Source: Candidatus Woesearchaeota archaeon
GTDB lineage: Archaea > Nanobdellota > Nanobdellia > Woesearchaeales > JACJVV01
Length of the DNA: 64,000 bases
Direction of reading: 5' to 3'
Assembly (NCBI GenBank): GCA_047602755.1
Contig: JBLKOM010000002.1
Location: 56,272 to 120,271 of the forward strand
Shown: positions 1 through 9,655 of the stretch, piece after piece
How positions within the stretch are numbered: position 1 is the stretch's first letter
How the letters are laid out: each line of letters opens with the position of its first letter
Program-made: the position numbers and the translations under genes
Notes under the pieces: model-generated
Told to the model about the DNA's origin: nothing
Seen by the model: only the letters and a program-made list of their open reading frames with translations
Databases searched by the model: none

Positions 1-120
1 ACCACTCTCTCTTATATTCAAATAATCTCCTTTTGTAAGAGAGTTTTGAGTAATCCAAGTAAAAGGTAGAGTAACAGTTAAAGCGCCATTACCTTGCTTT
101 ACTAATTTACGTTTAGACAT
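1..120 (-). CDS. Partial CDS at window edge (N-terminus only): AbrB/SpoVT (swapped-hairpin) type DNA-binding domain protein
   Basis: Minus-strand ATG at 120 reads MSKRKLVKQGNGALTVTLPFTWITQNSLTKGDYLNIRESG... The motif 'vKqGNgaltVtlP..w...l.kGD.l.i' is typical of AbrB/MazE-like swapped-hairpin domains. The ORF runs off the window. Confidence 0.35.
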   Translation of the reverse strand, partial: MSKRKLVKQGNGALTVTLPFTWITQNSLTKGDYLNIRESG

Positions 121-243
121 AAAACTAAAATATATAATTATATTATAAATATTTATATTATATAAAATATATAATTATTATATTTTATATAAATAAATTA
201 TATAACTGACTAAACAAAAGAAATTCTAAAATGAGGTGTTAAA

Positions 244-708
244 ATGAATCAACAAAAAAATTTAGAAATATTAATTGAATTAAGAAAAAATGCAAGAGAA
301 CAATTAACAAAGATAAGCAAAAAGACAAAAATACCAGTATCAACAATACATGACAAAATTAGATCGAACAATAATATAATAATAAAACATGTAAGTATAT
401 TAGATTTTGAAAAATTAGGTTTTACTGGAAGAGCAACAATCTGTATAAAATGTCACAAAAAAAGCAAAGAAAATTTTTATAATATGATTAAAAAGCACCA
501 AAATATCAACAATTTATATAAAATAAATAATGGATTTGATTATATGTTTGAAGTGATTTTTAAAAATTTTAAAGATTTAGAGGATTTTATTGAAAAAATT
601 GAAGATGAATACTCTATTAAAACAAAACAAGTATATTATATAATTGCAGAACTAATAAAAGAAAAATTTTTATCAGACCAACTCCACATTCCAATAACAA
701 CATATTAA
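244..708 (+). CDS. Lrp/AsnC-family transcriptional regulator (HTH plus C-terminal RAM domain)
   Basis: 154 aa. N-terminal HTH (LTKISKKTKIPVSTIHDKIR), then a RAM-like beta-alpha-beta-beta-alpha-beta region (ILDFEKLGF...ATICIKC...NMIKKHQNINNLYKINNGFDYMFEVIF). The size is typical of Lrp. Confidence 0.6.
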   Translation: MNQQKNLEILIELRKNAREQLTKISKKTKIPVSTIHDKIRSNNNIIIKHVSILDFEKLGFTGRATICIKCHKKSKENFYNMIKKHQNINNLYKINNGFDYMFEVIFKNFKDLEDFIEKIEDEYSIKTKQVYYIIAELIKEKFLSDQLHIPITTY

Positions 709-1003
709 TTTTTTCTATTTTTTAATTTAAAAAAAGCAATAAAAACCACTAACAAACAAAACATTTATATATAAGAGCTCCATTAAAGATGTTATTAAGA
801 AGTAGTAACAAAAAAGATAAAAGTCAAATTAAACATTTAAAATTGTATAAAAAATGAAAATTAAGTTAAAAATTATTTAAAACAAAAAAATAAAAAATTT
901 AAATCTTTTAAAAACATAAAAAAAGTTTTAAAATAGTTTTTATTTATATAAATTTACCATAAATTTTATAAGTTCGAAAGTTAAAAACTAAAGAGTGATA
1001 TAA

Positions 1004-1519
1004 TTGGGAGAAATTAAATTAACAAAAAAAGTTATTGATAGTGTAATAAGTCAGGCTGTTGGAGACGATATTATACCATTAGTTAATTACTTAAAAACTG
1101 CAAAAAATAGTTCTGAATTTCAAATATCCACTAAAATAAAAATTCCTGTTGATGTTATAAGAAACCAACTTTATAGATTATATAATCAAAATTTAGTTGA
1201 TTTTATAAGAAAAAAAGACAAAAAAAAAGGTTGGTATATTTATTACTGGACAATAAACCTTGAAAGGATTAAATATTTGCATGAAGATCTAAAGAAGAAA
1301 AGATTAAATGTATTAAAAGAAAGACTAATAAGAGAAAAAGATGGGCAGTTTTTTTCATGCATAAATAGTTGTTTACGAATAGATTTTGAACAAGCCACAA
1401 ATTTTGAATATAGATGTCCTGAATGTGGAGAATTATTAAATCAAGAAGATAATTCAATAAAAATTAAAAAAATAGAAGATGAAATTAAATTATTAAAAAA
1501 AGAAATTAAAGAAGAATAA
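1004..1519 (+). CDS. tfe: Transcription factor E (TFE / TFIIE-alpha homologue)
   Basis: 171 aa with an N-terminal winged helix and a C-terminal zinc ribbon (CINSC...CPECG). The apparent start is TTG at 1004, and a TATA-like tttatata lies about 50 bp upstream. Confidence 0.8.
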   Translation: MGEIKLTKKVIDSVISQAVGDDIIPLVNYLKTAKNSSEFQISTKIKIPVDVIRNQLYRLYNQNLVDFIRKKDKKKGWYIYYWTINLERIKYLHEDLKKKRLNVLKERLIREKDGQFFSCINSCLRIDFEQATNFEYRCPECGELLNQEDNSIKIKKIEDEIKLLKKEIKEE

Positions 1520-1520
1520 T

Positions 1521-1766
1521 TTATCGTTTTTTTCGTGATTTTTTCTTTGATAAATTTTTGATTTGACTTTCAAGTCTCTTTTCTTGTGCCTCAATCTTTA
1601 TTTCTTCCTGTATAATTTTTTGTGCCATTCTTTCAATATTTAAATCCATTCTAGCAATTCTTCTTTCAAGTAAAACTAAAACACGTAAACTATACACAAT
1701 TGCAAATAATGTTCCAATAATAACTGCCAGTGTTAATCTAAGCAATGTTGGTTCAAGCATAGTCAT
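1521..1766 (-). CDS. Small single-pass membrane protein with basic coiled-coil tail (hypothetical)
   Basis: The ORF track starts at 1826. The ATG at 1766 (MTMLEPTLL...) is preceded by a perfect GGAGGT Shine-Dalgarno 8 nt upstream, so the 81-aa form is more likely. It has one predicted TM helix followed by an E/K/R-rich helical region. Confidence 0.4.
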   Translation of the reverse strand: MTMLEPTLLRLTLAVIIGTLFAIVYSLRVLVLLERRIARMDLNIERMAQKIIQEEIKIEAQEKRLESQIKNLSKKKSRKKR

Positions 1767-1869
1767 TTTAATACCTCCATAAACATTGTTATTAAACCTA
1801 GTGAATACTTTTATAAATTTTTCCATTAAAAATTATAAAATAAGAAAAAAAATGATTAAATATAATTTA

Positions 1870-2271
1870 TTAAGCTTTCAAATGATGTTTTGCACCACAT
1901 GCTTGACATTTGATATAATTAACTTGATTTTCATTTATTATTTTTGTTTCTGGTTTTCCGCACTCACTACATAAAACATAAATATTTGCATATTGTCTTA
2001 TTTTTTGATTTATATTCTGTGAAGATAATTTTCTATTAAAAACTAAACTAGAATTTTTTAAATCACCTGAAGTTGCTAATTCTTTTAATAAGTATTTTAA
2101 TAAATGCTGTGGTTCACGATGTAAAATATTACAAACAAGATTAAAATTACTAATAATAGTTTTATTTCCTTGTAAATGCCCTTTAACTTTTGGAATTTCA
2201 AATCTTTCCCTAACTGAAACTATTTCAGGTAAATTATTAATTGCTCTTTTTAAAAGTAAATTATAATCCAT
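1870..2271 (-). CDS. eif2b: Translation initiation factor 2 beta subunit (aIF2-beta)
   Basis: 133 aa with a C-terminal C2-C2 zinc ribbon (CSECG...CQACG) and an aIF2-beta core (LLKYLLKELATSGDL). The size matches the archaeal protein. Confidence 0.85.
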   Translation of the reverse strand: MDYNLLLKRAINNLPEIVSVRERFEIPKVKGHLQGNKTIISNFNLVCNILHREPQHLLKYLLKELATSGDLKNSSLVFNRKLSSQNINQKIRQYANIYVLCSECGKPETKIINENQVNYIKCQACGAKHHLKA

Positions 2272-2316
2272 AAAAATAAAATTATTAATATCTATATAAA
2301 TGTATGTATAAAAAAT

Positions 2317-2342
2317 AACCCACCCCTCAATTTCTCATGGAA
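2317..2342 (-). promoter_or_regulatory. Origin recognition box (ORB), inverted orientation
   Basis: Plus strand reads aacccacccctcaatttctcatggaa. The reverse complement is TTCCATGAGAAATTGAGGGGTGGGTT, which matches the archaeal ORB pattern TTCCA-N3-GAAA-N4-GGGGT and the second box at 2629-2656. Confidence 0.7.
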
Positions 2343-2343
2343 A

Positions 2344-2628
2344 ATAAAATAAAAAAACAGAAAAAAAAGAAAAAAATTATTTTAAAAAAATTAAAAAAAG
2401 AAAAAATAAGAAAAAATAAATATATTTTTTATTATATATATATTAATATATTATTATATATTATATATATTATATTATATTATTTTTTATATTTAAATTA
2501 AAAAAATTGAATATAAATCATTTTTAAAATTTTTATTTTTTCTTTTTTTCTTTTTAATAATAATATATTTAATTATTTATTTATATTATGATATAATTAG
2601 TAATTAATTTCAATTAATTTATTATTAA
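2344..2628. other. Predicted DNA unwinding element of oriC (near-pure A/T)
   Basis: About 285 bp of almost exclusively A/T with short tandem TA/ATT repeats. It is bracketed by two inverted ORBs and sits immediately upstream of cdc6. Confidence 0.65.
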
Positions 2629-2656
2629 TTCCACAAGAAATCAAGGGGTCTGGGGT
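2629..2656 (+). promoter_or_regulatory. Origin recognition box (ORB)
   Basis: ttccacaagaaatcaaggggtctggggt. This matches the ORB consensus (TTCCAnnnGAAAnnnnGGGGT followed by a G-string) and lies about 50 bp upstream of the cdc6 start. Confidence 0.75.
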
Positions 2657-2709
2657 ATTATTCTTATAAAACAACAAATTATTTAAAGAGTATTGTTTCC
2701 TATGGAAAT

Positions 2710-3915
2710 ATGAATAAACAATTATCTCATGTTTTTGAAAAATATATGAAATTTAAACCTATTTTTCATCAAAAACAATTTCTTCAATCAAATTACATTC
2801 CAGATACTATTGAACATCGTGATAAAGAAATTAATAGTGTTGCTGAAATTTCAGCATCAGCTTTAAGAAATGAAAAACCATCAAATATTTTTATATATGG
2901 TAAAACTGGAACAGGAAAAACATTAACTATTCAATATACAATGCAACAACTTTTAGAAACTTCAAAGGTTCACTCTATTCCTCTTAAAATAATATATATT
3001 AATTGTAAATTAAAAAAAATAGCAGATACAGAATATAGAATTATGGCACAAATGATAAGGGAATTAGGAAAAGAAGTTCCACCAACAGGTTTACCAACAG
3101 ATGAAATATATAAAATTTTTATGAACATTGTTGATAAAGAAAATCAAATAATAATACTTATTCTAGATGAAATTGATCAGTTAGTAAAAAAAGCAGGAGA
3201 TGAAATATTATATAATTTAACAAGATTAAATACAGAACTAAAAAAAGCACAAATTTCAATTATTGGTATTTCTAATGATTTAAGATTTTCAGATAATTTA
3301 GATCCTCGCGTTAAAAGTTCATTAAGTGAAGAAGAAATTGTTTTTCATTCATATAACGCTGTTCAATTAAAATCTATTTTAAAAAAACGTAGTTCATTAG
3401 CTTTTGTGCAGGGTGTTTTAGAACAGGGGTTAATTGAAAAATGTGCTGCTTATGCAGCAAGAGATCATGGTGATGCAAGAAGGGCATTAGAATTATTAAG
3501 AGTTTCAGGTGAGATTGCTGAACGAGAAGGAAGTAAAAAAGTAACAATACAACATTTAGATTTAGCAGAATCAAAAATTGAAAAAGACAGAATTATTGAT
3601 GTTGTTATAGCACAACCAAAACAGCATCAATTAGTTTTATTTTCAATAGTTCGAATATCAGAGAAAAGATCAAAAGCAATTTTTACAGGTGAAATTTATG
3701 AATATTATAAAGTACTATGTATTGAATCATCTATTCGTCCGCTAACTCAAAGGCGTGTTTCTGATATAATAGCAGAATTTGATATGCTTGGATTAATAAA
3801 TGGAAAAATAATTTCTCAAGGAAGATATGGTAGAACACGTGAAGTTATTCTTTCAATACCAGAAGAAACCAAAATAAAAATAAAACAGATTCTTAAAGAA
3901 TCTTTAGAATCCTAA
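2710..3915 (+). CDS. cdc6: Cdc6/Orc1 replication initiator (AAA+ plus C-terminal winged helix)
   Basis: 401 aa with Walker A (GKTGTGKT), Walker B (LILDEID) and a C-terminal winged helix. It lies directly next to the ORB-flanked origin. Confidence 0.9.
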   Translation: MNKQLSHVFEKYMKFKPIFHQKQFLQSNYIPDTIEHRDKEINSVAEISASALRNEKPSNIFIYGKTGTGKTLTIQYTMQQLLETSKVHSIPLKIIYINCKLKKIADTEYRIMAQMIRELGKEVPPTGLPTDEIYKIFMNIVDKENQIIILILDEIDQLVKKAGDEILYNLTRLNTELKKAQISIIGISNDLRFSDNLDPRVKSSLSEEEIVFHSYNAVQLKSILKKRSSLAFVQGVLEQGLIEKCAAYAARDHGDARRALELLRVSGEIAEREGSKKVTIQHLDLAESKIEKDRIIDVVIAQPKQHQLVLFSIVRISEKRSKAIFTGEIYEYYKVLCIESSIRPLTQRRVSDIIAEFDMLGLINGKIISQGRYGRTREVILSIPEETKIKIKQILKESLES

Positions 3916-3922
3916 TTTTTAG

Positions 3923-5437
3923 GTGTTGTCTATGGATTTTGTTAACAAAAAGAAAGAAATAATTAAATTTTTTTTAAATAATGATAGTCTTATTTCTCCA
4001 ACTGAAATTTCTTTTTTTGAAAAAGAAGAGAATGTTGATATTATCTATAGTATGCTAAAAAAAAATGTTTCGATTATTGATATTCAAAAAAAAATAAAGG
4101 AAATTGATATAGTTAATAATGAAAAAAATATAATTTTAAAAAAACAAGAAAATGAAATTAAAAAAAAAGCGAATGTAATTATAAAAAAATCATATGATTT
4201 AGTTTCTATGAAGCGCGATGTTGATCATTTTGTATCTTACTTTTTTTCTCGTTATAAACAAATTGAACAAATGTTAAGAAAAAGAAAAGAATTAGAGAAC
4301 ATATTATCTATTATACGTCTAAAATCTAAAAAAGATCGCGAAACTGTTGCTATAATTGGTCTTGTTCGTAATAAAGAAATAACAAGAAATGACAACATAA
4401 TATTAACATTAGAAGATCCTACAGGCGAAATAAAAGTATTAGCTAATAAAAATAATACTGAAATTTATAATTTTGCAAAAGAAATAGTAAATGATGAAAT
4501 AATAGGTGTTGTAGGAATAAATGGTGATAATATTTTATTTGCTAATAATATTATACAACCTGACATTCCTTTAGATAAGGAATTTAAAAAATATGATAAA
4601 GATGAATATGTTGTATTTTTATCTGATATTCATGTTGGGTCTAAGTATTTCCTTGAAGATGATTTTAATAAATTTATATCATGGATTCGTCAAGAAACAG
4701 GTTCTGAAAAACAAAAATCGATAGCAAAAAAAGTAACTCATGTTATTATTGCTGGTGATATAGTTGATGGGGTTGGTATATATCCAAATCAAGAAAAGGA
4801 ATTAACTATTTTAGATATTCATCAGCAATATGAAGAAGCTTTTAAGTATATAAGTAAAATACCTAAGCATATCAATGTAATCATATGTCCGGGTAATCAC
4901 GACGCAGTAAGGCTTTCTGAACCCCAACCTAAGTTAAATAAAAATTATGCTAAATCTTTATATGAATTAGAAAATGTTCTTATGGTTTCTAATCCTGCTG
5001 TAATAAATATCTGCTCTAATCAAGATTTTTCAGGTTTTGATATTTTATTGTATCATGGTTACAGTTTTGATTATTATGTAGCCAATGTAGACTCGTTAAG
5101 ATTAAGTGGAGGATATGACTGCCCAGATTTAATAATGAAATTTCTTCTTAAACGCCGTCATTTGGCACCTTCTTATACCTCCACATTATTTATTCCAGAA
5201 ATCACTAATGATGCACTAGTTATCGAAGATATTCCTGATTTTTTTATAACTGGCCATATCCATAAAACAGCAGTATCAAATTATAGAAATATAACATTAA
5301 TTTGTGGTAGTTGTTGGCAACGAACAACATCTTTTCAAATAAAAGTAGGACATCATCCAGAACCATCACGTGTTCCTGTAGTTAATTTAAGAACTAGAAA
5401 AGTAACAATTTTAAATTTTGGAAGTACTGAAGAATAA
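3923..5437 (+). CDS. DNA polymerase II (PolD) small subunit DP1, a calcineurin-like phosphodiesterase
   Basis: 504 aa with metallophosphoesterase motifs (DIHVGS, GDIVDG, GNHD) and an OB-like N-terminal region. It is followed immediately by the large subunit. Confidence 0.85.
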   Translation: MLSMDFVNKKKEIIKFFLNNDSLISPTEISFFEKEENVDIIYSMLKKNVSIIDIQKKIKEIDIVNNEKNIILKKQENEIKKKANVIIKKSYDLVSMKRDVDHFVSYFFSRYKQIEQMLRKRKELENILSIIRLKSKKDRETVAIIGLVRNKEITRNDNIILTLEDPTGEIKVLANKNNTEIYNFAKEIVNDEIIGVVGINGDNILFANNIIQPDIPLDKEFKKYDKDEYVVFLSDIHVGSKYFLEDDFNKFISWIRQETGSEKQKSIAKKVTHVIIAGDIVDGVGIYPNQEKELTILDIHQQYEEAFKYISKIPKHINVIICPGNHDAVRLSEPQPKLNKNYAKSLYELENVLMVSNPAVINICSNQDFSGFDILLYHGYSFDYYVANVDSLRLSGGYDCPDLIMKFLLKRRHLAPSYTSTLFIPEITNDALVIEDIPDFFITGHIHKTAVSNYRNITLICGSCWQRTTSFQIKVGHHPEPSRVPVVNLRTRKVTILNFGSTEE

Positions 5438-5484
5438 CTTTAATTAATTAATGCTATTTATTTTAAAAAAGTATAAAATAAAAA

Positions 5485-8400
5485 ATGGAATCGAAAAAAA
5501 TATCAAAATATTTTGAATCTCTTGAAAATGAAACTCTTAAAGCATTAAGAATTGCAACAACAGCAAGAATGAAGGGGTTTGATCCAGAAAAAAAAGTTGA
5601 CATACCTATTGCAAAAAATATGGCTGAAAGAGTTATAGGTCTTATTTCTGCTGTTGCACCACAAATACAAAATTCAAATATAATTACTCGAATTGTTGAA
5701 TTAGAAAAAGAATATAATCCATTAGATTGGCGTGTTGGTTTTAAGATAGCAGCCGAGGTAGCACAAGAAAAATTTTGTAAATTTGAAGATCGAAAAGAAG
5801 CAATTGAAGTAGGAATAAGAACTGGATTTACATATCTTACAGGTGGAATTGTTTCAGCACCATTAGAAGGGTTTGTTGAAATTAAAATAAAAAAGCGTGC
5901 AGATGGTAAAGAATATTTAGTATCTTGCTATGCTGGACCAATACGAGGGGCAGGTGGTACAGCGGCTGCTTTATCAGTTGTTCTTTCAGATTATGTATCA
6001 ACTGCAATGGGTTTTTCTAAATACGACCCTACTGAACAAGAAATTAATCGTGTAGTTACTGAACTATATGATTATCATGATAGAATTACTAATCTTCAAT
6101 ATTTACCTTCTGAAGAAGAAATTCGTTTTATGGTTAAAAATTTACCTATAGAGGTTGATGGTGATCCAACTGAAAGAATTGAAGTAACAAATTATAAAGA
6201 TTTACCAAGAATAGAGACAAATTTAATAAGAGGTGGTATTTGTTTAGTTATTGGTGAAGGATTGTGTCAAAAAGCTCCTAAGCTGTGGAAACGTTTAGAG
6301 ATATGGGGACAAGATTTTGGAATAAATTGGAATTTTCTAAAAGATTTTTTAGAGTTAAAGAAAAAAATGCAAGCTCATGGTAAAAAGAAAACTGAGTCAA
6401 AAGGAATAAGTCCTAATTTTACTTTTATTAATGATATTGTGGCTGGTAGACCTGTTTTAACTTATCCTATGGAATATGGTGGTTTTCGATTAAGAATGGG
6501 CCGTACTCGAACTTCAGGTTTTTCTTGTGTAAGCATAAATCCTTATACACTTTATTCATTAGATAATTTTATTGTTTATGGAACACAAATAAAAATAGAA
6601 AGACCTGGCAAAGCAGCATCTGTTACTGTTTGTGAATGTATTGATGGACCAACTGTACTTCTTAATGACGGATCAGTGGTTCAGATTACAAAAGAAACAA
6701 AAGAAAATATAAAAAAAATATCAAAAATATTATTTCTAGGTGATATATTAATTAATTATGGGGACTTTTCTGAGAATGGTCATTCATTAGTTCCTGTGGG
6801 TTATTGCGAAGAATGGTGGATACAAGATTTTGAAAAAAAAGCAATAGAAATAGTGGGCGATCTTAATTTTAAAAAATTATCTTCAGTTATTAATATTCAA
6901 GAAGAAAAAATTTCTTTAATGTTTCACAATATATTAAATTATAAAATTTCATATGATGAAGCATACAAAATATCAAAATCAATAGGTATTCCTTTGCATC
7001 CAAAATTTATTTATTATTATACAGCCATCAATAATGCAGAACTAAACCATCTTTTAACTAGTCTTCGTGGATGCAAAGTTTTGTATTCAGATAATAATCA
7101 CATTAAAAGTTTAATAATCAATCATAATCCAGACCTTAAAAAAATATTAGAAAATACAGGAATACCTCATGATTTAACATCAAATGAATTTATAATTATT
7201 AAAGATGATATTGCAAAAACAATTTATAACACATTTCAAATATCTGTTCCAGGTGATATTTATAAAAATATAGTAGAAGATAATTCAGGAAAAAATGTTC
7301 TTGAAATAATTAATATAATTTCTGATGTTAAAATAAGTGATAAAGCTGGCACTTTTATTGGTGCAAGAATGGGCCGCCCTGAAAAAGCAAAAATGAGAAA
7401 GCTTCAAGGCTCTCCTCAAGTTTTATTTCCTGTAGGTGAGGAAGGGGGTCGATTAAAAAGTTTTCAATCATCGATGTCAAAAGGAGAAATAACAAGTAAT
7501 TTTCCTTTATATTTTTGTGAAGATTGCAAGAAAAAAACAGTATACAATAATTGTCATATTTGTGGAAAAAAATCTAAAAAAATTCTTTTCTGTCCAAATT
7601 TAAATAAAGAAATTATGTCTGAAGAAATCCCTATACAATTAGATCCAAATGCAAAAAGATTTAATAATATAACTATAAATATTGATGAATATATAGAATC
7701 AAGTTTAAAAATATTAAAAAGTAAAGTTTATCCTGATTTAATTAAAGGGATTAAAACAACTTTGAATAAAGAACATATTCCTGAACATTTAGTAAAAGGT
7801 TTTCTTCGAGCAAAGTATGAAATTTATGTTAATAAAGATGGTACTACACGTTATGATATGTCAGAAACACCAATAACTGCATTTAAACCTAAAGAGATTG
7901 GAACATCTATTGAAAAATTAAATGAATTGGGCTATACACATGATATTGAAGGAAATAAATTAGAGTATGATAATCAATTAGTTGAAATATTTCCACAAGA
8001 TTTGATTTTGCCGTCTGGTGAAAATTCAATGGAAGAACAAGCTGATGATGTAATGTTTCGAATTGGAAATTTTATAGATGAATTACTTGAGCGTTTATAT
8101 AATCTTAAACCATATTATAATTTTAAATCAAAGCAAGATATAATTGGTTCAATAATAATCTGTCTTGCACCACATATTTCTTGTGGAACAATTGGAAGAG
8201 TAATAGGGTTCTCAAAAAATCAAGTTATGGCTGCTCATCCAATGATGCATGCAGCTGTCAGAAGGGATTGTGATGGTGATGAAGCATGTTTTATTATGTT
8301 AATGGATGCTTTTCTTAATTTTTCAAGACAATATTTACCTGACCGCCGTGGTACAAGAACAATGGATGCCCCTTTAGTACTTTCGACAAAGATAATCCCT

Positions 8401-9018
8401 TCAGAAGTTGATGATCAAGTTCATGGATTAGACGTTGTTAATAAATATCCTTTAGAATTGTATCTTGCTGCTAACGAGTACAAAATGCCATGGGAAGTAA
8501 AAATAGGCCAATTAAAAGATAGACTAAATACTGAGAAACAATATGAGTCTTTTTTAAGTACTCATCCTATTGAAAATATTAATTCTGGACCTAAAGTATC
8601 ATCCTATAAATTATTACCTTCGATGAAAGAAAAATTAGAAGGTCAGATGAATTTAGCTGTTAAAATACGTGCTGTAAATGAATCTAACATTGCTGCTATG
8701 GTGATTCAAAAACATTTTCTAAAAGATATTAAAGGTAATTTACGAAAATTTTCATTACAGCAATTCCGCTGTGTACAATGTAATTCTAAATATACCCGCC
8801 CTCCATTAGTTGGAAAATGTACTAAATGTGGTGGAAAACTTTTGTTTACTATATCAGAAGGAAGCGTAATTAAGTATCTTGGTCCTTCATTAGAATTAGC
8901 TCATACTTATGATGTTCCTGCTTATTTAAAGCAAACACTTGAATTAACAAAAGACCGTGTTGATAGTCTTTTTGGTAAAGACAAGGAAAAACAAGAAGGT
9001 TTATCAAAATTCTTTTAA
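5485..9018 (+). CDS. DNA polymerase II (PolD) large subunit DP2
   Basis: 1177 aa with cysteine clusters near the C-terminus (CVQCN...CTKCGG) and internal zinc motifs (CEDCKKK...CHICG). No intein-sized insertion is evident. The oriC-cdc6-polD synteny is conserved. Confidence 0.9.
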   Translation: MESKKISKYFESLENETLKALRIATTARMKGFDPEKKVDIPIAKNMAERVIGLISAVAPQIQNSNIITRIVELEKEYNPLDWRVGFKIAAEVAQEKFCKFEDRKEAIEVGIRTGFTYLTGGIVSAPLEGFVEIKIKKRADGKEYLVSCYAGPIRGAGGTAAALSVVLSDYVSTAMGFSKYDPTEQEINRVVTELYDYHDRITNLQYLPSEEEIRFMVKNLPIEVDGDPTERIEVTNYKDLPRIETNLIRGGICLVIGEGLCQKAPKLWKRLEIWGQDFGINWNFLKDFLELKKKMQAHGKKKTESKGISPNFTFINDIVAGRPVLTYPMEYGGFRLRMGRTRTSGFSCVSINPYTLYSLDNFIVYGTQIKIERPGKAASVTVCECIDGPTVLLNDGSVVQITKETKENIKKISKILFLGDILINYGDFSENGHSLVPVGYCEEWWIQDFEKKAIEIVGDLNFKKLSSVINIQEEKISLMFHNILNYKISYDEAYKISKSIGIPLHPKFIYYYTAINNAELNHLLTSLRGCKVLYSDNNHIKSLIINHNPDLKKILENTGIPHDLTSNEFIIIKDDIAKTIYNTFQISVPGDIYKNIVEDNSGKNVLEIINIISDVKISDKAGTFIGARMGRPEKAKMRKLQGSPQVLFPVGEEGGRLKSFQSSMSKGEITSNFPLYFCEDCKKKTVYNNCHICGKKSKKILFCPNLNKEIMSEEIPIQLDPNAKRFNNITINIDEYIESSLKILKSKVYPDLIKGIKTTLNKEHIPEHLVKGFLRAKYEIYVNKDGTTRYDMSETPITAFKPKEIGTSIEKLNELGYTHDIEGNKLEYDNQLVEIFPQDLILPSGENSMEEQADDVMFRIGNFIDELLERLYNLKPYYNFKSKQDIIGSIIICLAPHISCGTIGRVIGFSKNQVMAAHPMMHAAVRRDCDGDEACFIMLMDAFLNFSRQYLPDRRGTRTMDAPLVLSTKIIPSEVDDQVHGLDVVNKYPLELYLAANEYKMPWEVKIGQLKDRLNTEKQYESFLSTHPIENINSGPKVSSYKLLPSMKEKLEGQMNLAVKIRAVNESNIAAMVIQKHFLKDIKGNLRKFSLQQFRCVQCNSKYTRPPLVGKCTKCGGKLLFTISEGSVIKYLGPSLELAHTYDVPAYLKQTLELTKDRVDSLFGKDKEKQEGLSKFF

Positions 9019-9132
9019 AAAAAATCCTAGTAATAATAGGATTTTGAAATTCATCCTTATTAGCGAATATGTTATACCTCTCCTTTTAGATTAAGAATAG
9101 GATAAGCAATCAGAGGGATGAATTTTAATTAT

Positions 9133-9405
9133 TTAAAGAATCTTAAAATCCTTAAAATCTTGAATTTTTACTTCATTTATAATAAAATTAGTTATTAAGC
9201 TGAGTTGAGGTCCTTTTCTTATATCATTTATAAACTTATTAATTGTTTCTTTTTCACCTTGGCAATATATTTCTACACTATTTTTAATGTTTTGTACACT
9301 TCCTTTTATGTGATATTTAAGTGCTTTTGTCATTGTAAAATATCTAAATCCAACACCTTGGACACGGCCTTCAACAATAATATGATAGGTATATTTGTCA
9401 TTCAT
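9133..9405 (-). CDS. acyP: Acylphosphatase
   Basis: 90 aa with the hallmark VEGRVQGVGFRY motif. Confidence 0.75.
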   Translation of the reverse strand: MNDKYTYHIIVEGRVQGVGFRYFTMTKALKYHIKGSVQNIKNSVEIYCQGEKETINKFINDIRKGPQLSLITNFIINEVKIQDFKDFKIL

Positions 9406-9655
9406 TTTTTGATTAGTTTAAATATATTTGATTATTATCTAGTTATTTTGATGTGTTTTTCATTATATGCTTAAAATCGTTTTAACCATAATGCTTTTAA
9501 ATGATTTTGTAAGTTAAACAATATATATTTTCCTGTCACTACTTTAAAATACTAAAAAACGAAATATTTAAATATACCCCAGCCATTTGCAATATTTAAA
9601 TGGTTTTAATTATAAGAAAAAGGGGCAATAGAAGCAATATATTGTGGTGGTATTA

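Noticed and set aside
1269-1457. 62-aa antisense ORF inside tfe
   Set aside because: Lies entirely within a well-supported CDS on the opposite strand. Low-complexity I/L/F-rich translation typical of AT-rich shadow frames.
1786-1974. 62-aa ORF overlapping aIF2-beta and the small TM protein
   Set aside because: Shadow frame with hydrophobic low-complexity translation. Both overlapped genes have clear homology or Shine-Dalgarno support.
3374-3574. 66-aa antisense ORF inside cdc6
   Set aside because: Embedded in a confidently identified AAA+ gene. No motif and no Shine-Dalgarno.
9040-9130. Inverted repeats (aaattcatcc ... ggatgaattt) between the polD-large and acyP 3' ends
   Set aside because: Plausible bidirectional terminator hairpin for convergent genes. 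Too short and AT-rich to argue for an RNA gene.
9205-9474. 89-aa ORF antisense to acylphosphatase
   Set aside because: Overlaps the acyP gene, which has the diagnostic VEGRVQGVGFRY motif. The translation is F/I/Y-rich noise.
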